This document shows positions 54,186 to 64,000 of a DNA stretch of 64,000 bases, one piece after another. The stretch lies in assembly GCA_951406725.2 (NCBI GenBank), contig OX597837.1, forward strand, positions 35,216,001-35,280,000, given 5' to 3'. Positions within the stretch are counted from its first letter, which is position 1. Each line of letters opens with the position of its first letter. The stretch is from Octopus vulgaris. Its lineage: Eukaryota. The notes under the pieces are model-generated. The model was given only the letters and a program-made list of their open reading frames with translations, had not been told where the DNA came from and made no database searches. The position numbers and the translations under genes were made by a program.

Positions 54186-54338
54186 CATACATACATACAT
54201 ACATTCACACATACATACACACATACATACATACATACATACATACATTCACACATACATACATACATACATACACACATACATACATACATACATACAT
54301 ACATACATACACACACACACATTCACACATACATACAT

Positions 54339-54369
<31 letters not shown>

Positions 54370-54614
54370 TACATACATACATACATACATACATACATAC
54401 ATACACACATACACGCATACATACATACATACATGCATACACACATACACACATACATACATACATACATACACACACACATACACACATACATACATAC
54501 ATAAATACATACATACATACATACATACATACATACACACACACATACATACATATACATACATACATACATTCACACACACACACATACATACATACAT
54601 ACATACACACATAT

Positions 54615-54647
<33 letters not shown>

Positions 54648-54800
54648 CACACACACACATACATACATACATTCACACACACATACACATACATTCATAC
54701 ATACATACATACATACATACACACACACATACATACATACATACATACATATACACACACATACATACATACATATACACACACACACATACATACATAC
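54186..54800. repeat. (ACAT/AC)n compound microsatellite
   Basis: Direct reading; similar tracts at 2045-2370, 24155-24760, 46760-47090 and 63570-64000. Confidence 0.95.
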
Positions 54801-55934
54801 AGGGCGGGGTGGACAGGTATATATAACTAATATTTACTCAAATCTTTTACAGGTAAATTAATATATTTTGTGTTGACTGGGACTTCGCAGGTTGCTCCTC
54901 TCGTGACCGATTCAAGCAGTCGTATATACACGCACTCACATATGTAAATATACAAAAACCGTGTGTTTGTACACGCGTGGGTGTGTATGTACATGTGTAC
55001 CTGTGTATACTTGCGTGTGTGCATGTGTGTGTGCGTGTGTGTGTGTGTGAGTGTGTGTGTGTAAATCTATACCAACATACATAATTAATCCCCTACATAA
55101 ATCAGAAATACGGTCGTACATTCACCTACATTCACACACGGATATACATTCACTAACATATACATGTGTGTGTGTGTATACATACATACACACACACACA
55201 CAACGCACGTACATAACAATTTGCATAAACACATACGCATACACACAGACATGCACCACATATACATACACACACATCTACTCTTTTACTCTCTTTTACT
55301 TGTTTCAGTCATTTGACTGCGGCCATGCTGGAGCACCGCCTTTAGTCGAGCAACTCGACCCCGGGACTTATTCTTTTGTAAGCCCAGTACTTATTCTATC
55401 GGGGATCTTTTGCCGAGCCGCTAAGTAACGGGGACATAAACACACCAGCAATCGGTTGTCAAGCAATGCTAGGGGGACAAACACAGACACACAAACACAC
55501 ACATGCATATATATATATACATATATATACACATATATACGACGGGCTTCTTTTCAGTTTCCGTCTACCAAATCTACTCACAAGGCCTTGGTCGGCCATG
55601 TATGTATATGCACCAACTTCCTAAACAAACGTATATAGACCAACTATAAACACACCCCTATATACACACTCCTATATACACAGTCCTATATACACACCCC
55701 TATATACACACACGTATATACAACACACAGATACCTACAGACACACGCATACACAAGCGCACGCACACATACACATTTACATACACTTGGGCACCTGTTA
55801 ATGGAACAACGAACGGCTGGTCGTTTTTGCTAGAAATAGAAACCAAATTCCTTCAAATAAATTCTTGTTGCAGGACAAGTTGTATGAATGTAGTGTTAGA
55901 AGTACATGAATAGTTATTAGTCATGGGTGGAGTG

Positions 55935-55969
<35 letters not shown>

Positions 55970-56586
55970 AGAGGATGTACTGGTTTTGGAGTGAGTACAC
56001 ATTTGTGTGTTGGTGCATGTTTCTACGCTTGTGTGTTTGTATGTGTATGTGTTTGTGTGTGTCGGTTATGTGTATTGGTATTAGGAAGGGCATCCAGCTG
56101 TAAAAATCCTGCCAGAACAGTTACAGAAGTCCGGTGCAGGCTTCGGCCTGGCCGGCTCTTTTCAGACCATCCAACCCTTGCCAGCATGAAAAGCGGACGT
56201 CAAACAATGAAAATGATAATGATTTTTGAAGGTTACATGTTCCTGTGTTGGTAATTATACGTGTCCTAAACAAAATGGCATTACTTTTTGACTCACCCTC
56301 GTATATGTATATGTATATATGTATGTATATATGTGTGTGTGTGTGTCTGTGTCTGTGTGTGTGTGTGAATATCAATGTATTTGAGATGCATATCACAAAC
56401 ATTGATTGATTGTGTTAAGTGAATCTCTTTCAATTTGTGTGTTTATAGCATTTGCAAGGGAGGTCGTTGCTCCCATCTCTAGAGTTGTGAGGACTTGCCA
56501 CATTCTGTTGGCAAATAAACTTTACTGTTTGGTAGTTACAGTAGATCTCTTGCTCAGAGATTTAAAACAAATTGTTTCTCTCTCTC

Positions 56587-56668
<82 letters not shown>

Positions 56669-56671
<3 letters not shown>

Positions 56672-56890
56672 AAAAAAAGTCAAGATAGAAAATGCTAAAA
56701 TAATTTTTATGAAAGACATTTCAGTACCGGTTTCAGTCACTGAGACTTTTTCAACTGTAAGTATAGAAAACAGTTAAATTTAGAAAAATTGAAAGAAAAG
56801 TTTTTTTTAAAAGAATATTTGCACAGTGTTCAAATACAAGTGGCATTTTCCTTGTTTCTGCCTGTCTCTGTCTCTCTTATTTACTCTTGT

Positions 56891-56932
<42 letters not shown>

Positions 56933-57965
56933 ATGGGCTTCTTTCAGTTTCCATCTACCAAATTCACTCACAAAGCTTTAATCGGCCTGAGACTATAGTA
57001 GAAGACACTTGCCCTAGCTGCCATGCATTGGGACTGAACCTGGAGCCATGTGATTGGTAAGCAAGCTTCTTACCACACAGCCATGCCTGTGCCTATATGT
57101 ATATAAATTTTTCAGGATTCAAAAGAATCAAATACCTAAATAGTAAAAGCACCAGAGGAGAGTCAAAGTCAGTCTACCTGTTTACCAACAATGTATAACG
57201 GACAAATACATACTAAAGTAAATGCCAATTTGCCCTTCCAGTTATGCTTCCATTTACAAGGAACTAACCGAAATACACAGCGTGTCATCAAAGTCATACT
57301 GCGGTAAGTTCTCTGCATGTATTCCACTTCGACTACAGACTCCGAGATCCAAACATATGGAAGGTTCCATGTCAGGTGAAGAATAAAATAACATAACACA
57401 CACACACACTACACACACGCAGATATAAATATATATATATATATACAAATTGAGATAGGGATTGTAAATGCAACCCTCCATGGGATATTGACCTACCATA
57501 TAAGGCTAATATTGGTAAAATGAGACATACTTATCTACATGGCCGAAACAGCTGTAAGATGTAATCTATACTTATATTTATATTTACTTATATTTATATT
57601 CTCTTTTTTATATATATTCTACTTATTATACAACATTACTCTTTTATGTACACATTTTTATGTACATTCCTTTATGTACACTGATTTGTTCTGCTTTTTT
57701 ATGTTTAACCCTACAGTATATATATATATATATATATATGGATTGAAAAAAAGTCAAGATAGAAAATGCTAAAATAATTTTTATGAAAGACATTTCAGTA
57801 CCGGTTTCAGTCACTGAGACTTTTTCAACTCTGAGTCTAGAAAACAATTAAATTTAGAAAAATTGAAAGAAAAGTTTTTTTTAAAAGAATATTTGTACTG
57901 TTTTCAAATACAAGTGGCATTTTCCTCGTTTCTGCCTGTCTCTGTCTCTCTTATTTACTCTTTGT

Positions 57966-58005
<40 letters not shown>

Positions 58006-58480
58006 ATGGGCTTCTTTCAGCTTCCATCTACCAAATTCACTCACAAAGCTTTAGTCGGCCCGAGGCTATAGTAGAAGACACTTGCCCTAGCTGCCATGCA
58101 TTGGGACTGAACCTGGAACCATGTGGTTGGTTAGCAAGCTTCTTACCACGCAGCCACACCTGTGCCTATATGTATATAAATCTTTCAGGATTCAAAAGAA
58201 TCAGATACCTAAATGGTAAAAACACCAGAGGAGAGTTAGGGTCAATGCGCCTGTTTACCAACAATGTATAACGGACAAGTACATACTTAAGGTAAATGCC
58301 AATTTGCCCTTCCAGTTATGCTTCCATTCACAAGGAACTGACCAAAATACACAGGGTGTCATCAAAGTCATACTGAGGTAAGTTCTCTGCATGTATTCCA
58401 CTTTGACTACAGACTCCAGATTCAAGCATATGGAAGGTTCCAAGTCAGGTGAAGAATAAATAATTACTCACACGCACACC
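56669..58480. repeat. Local direct duplication (about 730-bp block, about 1070-bp offset)
   Basis: 56669-57400 aligns with 57739-58470 across a hammerhead-bearing remnant, (TA)n, a SINE head and an endonuclease-like remnant. Confidence 0.9.
56722..56757 (-). ncRNA. Hammerhead motif with U3-A8 core covariation
   Basis: CAG-TTGAAAA-AGTC-tcagt-GACT-GAAACCGGTA-CTG; duplicated at 57796-57830. Confidence 0.6.
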
Positions 58481-58993
58481 ACATACACACATATATATAT
58501 ACACACACATACACATGTATTTGTGAGTGTGTGTGTGTGTGTATTATACTTCTACATAGTCATAGTGATATTAATGGCTCTGAGGAAGCTATATGATGTT
58601 GCACTAACACTCAGCTCTGCCTGCATACTTACATATAGCAGAAACAGTTGTAAACATAAGAAAGTGATTCCTGGGCGTCACAGAGTCAGTAACAAATGAC
58701 TGAGACCTTTGGCAATATGCCATGCCAGAGAAGACCCATCAATCCAAATGAAATCATAGACATGGCAGATACTGGTGTCATGCAAATGGCACCTGTGTCG
58801 GTGGCACATAAAAGCACCCATTACACTCTTGGAGTGGTTCGCATTGGGAAGGGCATCCAGCCATAGAAACCATGCCAAATCAGACTGGAGTCTGATGCAG
58901 TCCCTCAGCTTACCAGCCCTGGTCAACCTGTCCAACCCATGCCAGCATGGACAACGGACGTTAAATGATGATGATGCAAGATGATGATACATC

Positions 58994-59074
<81 letters not shown>

Positions 59075-59089
59075 CATTACATACATACT

Positions 59090-59515
59090 GTCTGTGGATT
59101 ACAAGTTCAGGTTTATACCTGTAATTATTGGGGCTCTGGGATATATAACACACTGCTTAAGCACCAATCCTTAGAAATTAGGCTTCTCAAAACTAGAAAG
59201 AAAACTAATTGGAAGATTACAGATTCCAGCCATCAATGGAATTGTCAAAATTTGTAGAACTTTCCAGAAGTTTAGCATTTAAGTATATACGCACATGTCC
59301 AGACATGCAACTATATGCATGACAATGCATTAAACAAAATCTACAAATTTGCATATGCACTGGTTCCATATACTGCACATAAACTCACGAATACCCTATT
59401 CTTGATGTTGAAATTCCAATGAAGGAGCCTTGGGTCAAGGTTAGAGAATAACTCTTTCTCTATTGGCAAGAAATCTTGAAATAAATCTAAATAATGACAT
59501 ACATGCATACATACA
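59090..59515 (+). mobile_element. 3' end of an RLE-type (R4/Dong-like) non-LTR retrotransposon ending in (ACAT)n
   Basis: DYKFRFIPVIIGALGYITHCL...RLQIPAINGIVKIC, then a 3' UTR ending AATGACATACAT. Confidence 0.65.
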
Positions 59516-59519
59516 TATT

Positions 59520-60725
59520 ATCATCATCATCATCATCTTCGTTTAGCGTCCGCTTTCCATGCTAGCATGGGTTGGACGGTTCAACTGGGGTCTGGGAAGC
59601 CAGAAGGCTGCACCAGGCCCAGTCTGATCTGGCAATGTTTCTACGGCTGGATGCCCTTCCTAACGCCAACCACTCCGTGAGTGTAGTGGGTGCTTTTTAC
59701 GTGCCACCAGCACAGGTACCAGACGAGGTTGGCAAATGGCCACGATCGGATGGTGCCTTTTACGTGCCACCAGCACGAGGGCCGGGCGAGGCTGGCAATG
59801 GCCACAATGAGGTTGGCAAATGGCCACGATCGGATGGTGCCTTTTACGTGCCACCAGCACGAGGGCTGGGCGAGGCTGGCAATGGCCACAATCGGATGGT
59901 GCTTTTTACGTGCCACCAGCATGAGGCCAGTCGGGGCGGCGCTGGCAACGGCCACGTTCGGATGGTCCTCTTACGTGCCACCGGCACTGGTATCACAGCT
60001 GCAATTTCCATTGATGTTGATCAATTTCAATTTTCACATGCCTCAACAGGTCTTCACAAGTAGAGTTTTGTGTCCCAAGAAGGAAAGGTATGCATAAGTG
60101 GACTGGTTACATCCCATGTAGAGGCCACAGGTTATGGTCTCACTTGTCCTGCCGGGTCTTCTCACGCACAGCATACTTCCAAAAGTCTCGGTTGCTAGTC
60201 ATTTCCTTGGTGAGGCCTAATGTTCGAAGGTCATGCTTCACCACGTCATCCCAGGTCATCCTGGGTCTACCTCTTTCACAGGTTCCCTCAACCACTAGGT
60301 GTGGCACTTTTTCACACAGCTATCCTCATCCATTCTTGCCACATGACCATACCGGCGCAGTCGTCTCTCTTGCATGCTACATCTAATGCTTCTTAGGTCC
60401 AACTTTTCTCTCAAGGTACTAACACTCTGTCGAGTATGCACACTGACATTACACATCCAGCTGAGAATACTGGCTTCATTCCTTGCGAGCTTATGCATAT
60501 CCGCAGCAGTCACAGCCCATGTTTCACTGCCATGTAGCATGGCTGTTCACACACATGCGTCATACAGCCTACCTTTTACTCTGAGCGAGAGGCCCTTTGT
60601 CACCAGCAGAGGTAAGAGCTCTCTGAACTTTGCCCAAGCTATTCTTATTCTAGCAGTTACACTTTCAGTGCACCCCACCTCCACTACTGATTTGGTCACC
60701 TAGATAACGGAAGCTATCAACTACG
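59520..60725 (-). mobile_element. 5'-truncated RTE-clade LINE with long repeat-containing 3' UTR and (GAT)n tail
   Basis: FRYLGDQI...RIRIAWAKFRELLPLL...MLHGSETWA...RRLRRYGHVARMDED. UTR-only copies at about 11140-11555(+), 16590-16950(-), 25295-25545(+), 31135-31400(-), 37340-37625(+), 56078-56225(+), 58670-58990(+). Confidence 0.9.
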
Positions 60726-60984
60726 AAGTATCGTTAAGAAGTTGCATACCAAGTATCGATACAATTTACTGATATCTTGAGATGTTCTACATTGACTATA
60801 AAGAGAACAGGAGTGTGAACTTCTCTCCAGTCCTGCTGCAATGGTCATTGCGTGTGGATGTATGTCTTACGTGTGAAGGTTTCTGCTTTGTACCTTCACT
60901 CTGGGCCATTGTATTAAAATTAATGAACGTGTTAAATTTAGTGTTGTTTACATTTAGTGATGACTCATAAATTAACAATGCATC

Positions 60985-61425
60985 ATGATACTAAATGCCC
61001 AATATTTGGTATTCCATGTTATCTTAGTGAGTGAGTTTTGTGGACTTACATGAATGTACTAAAATGTGTTTTATTTGAACAAGAAAAAGAAAAGAATGTA
61101 GTTAAGAAAGATCCTTCAATTAAACAAATAGTCAAGATTCTAGCAGAAAAGATAATTCTTCTTTGGCAAAAGGCATCCATTCCTTGTGTTACGATTGAGT
61201 CAGTTAAACCGAAAATCTTAAACTTTTATCTAAAGTACCAAGCATTTCTAAAATCTATGAAAAATAGATAAAAAAAGTGCCATTGTTTCAAGCAATGCAG
61301 CAAAAGATTTATTTGACATCTCCTGTTGCAAGTGCAACTCCTTTAAAAACTGCAGTTTTAGCAGCGACAAAAAAAGTACCACAGAAGGAACCAGATTTTT
61401 TATCACCAAAATGTGTCAAGAATCA
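60985..61425 (+). mobile_element. Decayed DNA-transposon ORF fragment (family uncertain)
   Basis: IILLWQKASIPCVT...DLFDISCCKC...C....KKVPQKEPDFL resembles a Cys-rich N-terminal region seen in invertebrate transposases; frameshifted. Confidence 0.5.
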
Positions 61426-61435
61426 AAACTTGGTT

Positions 61436-61858
61436 TACTCTTTTTACTCTCTTTTACTTGTTTCAGTCATTTGACTGTGGCCATGCTAGAGCACCACCTT
61501 TTTTAGTCGAGCAAATCGACCCCAGGACTTATTCTTTGTAAGCCTAGTACTTATTCTATCGGTCTCTTTTGCCGAACCGCTAAGTTACGGGGACGTAAAG
61601 ACACCAGCATCGGTTGTCAAGCGATGTTGGGGGTACAAACACAGACACACAAATATATACACATACACATACATATACATATATATATACATATCTACGA
61701 CGGGCTTCTTTCAGTTTCCGTCTACCAAATCCACTCACAAGGCTTTGGTCGGCCCGAGGCTATAGTAGAAGACACTTGCCCAAGGTGCCACACAGTGGGA
61801 CTGAACCCAGAACCATGTGGTTCATATGCAAGCTACTTACCACACAGCCACTCCTATG
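61436..61858 (-). mobile_element. SINE family A
   Basis: Full-length reverse copy. Confidence 0.9.
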
Positions 61859-62282
61859 CTTTTACACATAATTTTATTTTAATGTGTATGTAATCTGGAC
61901 CTCGTGTAACACATATATAAGGTGACCTAGTTCTGAAAATAATAAAGAAAAAAAAAATCGAAGAGTTTATTTATTTCACGTAATTTCAAAATTTCAAGTG
62001 TGTTTTGGAGCCTGAAGATATAAATTTTAGAGGTTGAGATTTTGATACTCTTGTTTTTAAAGGATTTCACAGAAGAAAATCAATTCATAATAATCAATGT
62101 AAATATAAAATGAGGAATGGCAAACATGTTATAAATTAATTTTTCTTACATTATTCCAAATTTCAAGTGAACTGCGGAGCCTGAAGATGTAAATTTAAGA
62201 ACTTCAGATTTTAAAGAATTTCGCTATAAAAAAATATATTCTTGAAAACATATTTGAAAATTTGTGTAAAAGTACTTTTTTC

Positions 62283-63018
62283 CACTCCATCCCAGTAGAA
62301 ATAGTAGTAGAAATAAGCTGCCCAGCAGATGTTAGCACAAAGTTAAAGATCAATAAAAAGAAAATACCTACACTGAACTATTGAGAAATCTACAGTTACC
62401 CTATCCTGATTACAAGCTCAGGTTTTATACCTGTAATTATCGGGGCACTGGGATATGTAACACTGCCATCAGTTGTCAAGCAATGCTAGGGGGACAAACA
62501 CAGACACACAAACACAGACACACAAACACATACACGCATATATATACATATATACGATGGGCTTCTTTCAGTTTCCGTCTACCAAATCCACTCACAAGGC
62601 TTTGGTTGGCCCGAGGCTATAGTAGAAGACACTGATGTTGAAAAATTAGGCTTCTCGAAACCAGAAAGGACATAGTTGATTTGAAGACTACAGATTCAAG
62701 CCATCACAAGAACTGTAAAAAATTTGTAAAATTTTACAGAAGTTTATTATCTAAGTGTATATGCACATGTCTAGACATGTAGCTATATGCGTGCAATTGC
62801 ATACATGAAATACGATGTACAAATTTGCATATGCACTGACTCCAATTACTGCACATGTACATGCATACATGCAAAAATATATCCTGTTGATGTTGTTGAA
62901 ATTCCAATGAAGGAGCCTTGGATCTAGGTCAGGGACTGACCCTTTCTCTGTTGGCAAGAAACCTTGAAATAAAACTGAATAATGACATACATACATACAT
63001 ACATACATACATACATAC

Positions 63019-63049
<31 letters not shown>

Positions 63050-63070
63050 CATACATACATACATACATAC
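62283..63070 (+). mobile_element. Second copy of the RLE-type retrotransposon 3' end, interrupted by a SINE fragment (about 62465-62632)
   Basis: VVEISCPAD...KENTYTELLRNLQLPYPDYK; same 3' UTR as 59090-59515, then a long (ACAT)n. Confidence 0.65.
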
Positions 63071-63074
63071 ATAG

Positions 63075-63106
<32 letters not shown>

Positions 63107-63183
63107 TCAAAGTGTTAGTAGTAAGACAGAAGCAGCTCTGAAGGAGAAGACTCACATCTTCTGGGTTAGTTGCCAATAATAAA

Positions 63184-63190
63184 TATCATC

Positions 63191-63222
<32 letters not shown>

Positions 63223-63265
63223 CATCACCATCATTATCATCATCATCACCATCATCATAATCATC

Positions 63266-63338
<73 letters not shown>

Positions 63339-63425
63339 CCATCATCATCATCACCATCATTATCATCATCATCATCATCATCATCATCACCATCATCATC
63401 ATCATTATTATTGTTATTATTCATT
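63184..63425. repeat. (CAT)n microsatellite
   Basis: Direct reading. Confidence 0.95.
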
Positions 63426-63601
63426 ATTTAAAATTCAAAATGATTCATGACAAACCCCGTTTGTTTCGGTCTAATGAACAAAATAAATGGCCTAATGAAT
63501 TTAATAGATGAAATGACAAGCTCATCCGAGCGAAATAATTGTCTTTTTGTCACGAATCACCCTAAATTGCATGTGTGTGTGTGTGTGTGTGCGTGCGTGT
63601 G

Positions 63602-63632
<31 letters not shown>

Positions 63633-63651
63633 TATTATATACATGTATGTA

Positions 63652-63758
<107 letters not shown>

Positions 63759-63875
63759 CAAATATATATGTACATATATATATATAAAACATATGTATAA
63801 ATATATAAAATCATATATATATATGTATGTATGTATATATATATATATATATAAATATATATATGTACATTTACA

Positions 63876-63907
<32 letters not shown>

Positions 63908-63908
63908 C

Positions 63909-63954
<46 letters not shown>

Positions 63955-64000
63955 ATATATATATATATATATAAAATCATACATATGACATATATGTGTA

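Noticed and set aside
57111-57308. Apparent plus-strand exon (TTTCAG...GTAAGT)
   Set aside because: Stops in the frames I read, and the donor context differs in the duplicate; better explained as a retroelement remnant.

Overview
This is eukaryotic, AT-rich, repeat-saturated genomic DNA. The SINE families and microsatellite density point to an octopus/cephalopod genome (inferred from memory, not from a search). Only one host coding exon is recognisable: the first doublecortin (DCX) domain of a DCDC2-like gene on the minus strand (42789-42500). A perfect RFX X-box sits about 11 kb upstream, next to a candidate non-coding first exon. The rest is three tRNA-derived SINE families, truncated LINEs (RTE, CR1/L2, two restriction-like-endonuclease types), decayed mariner and Tc1 elements, MITEs, a Helitron-like element and microsatellites; almost all listed ORFs are microsatellite or SINE artefacts. 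The main unexplained signal is RNA structure. A head-to-tail array of four 108-bp units (35021-35454) carries a type I hammerhead ribozyme fold in each unit, with compensatory base changes between units (retrozyme-like). About 15 more minimal hammerhead motifs of many sequence families occur in Penelope-like remnants, mostly inside (TA)n tracts and often within inverted repeats. All ribozyme calls were folded by eye and activity is untested.
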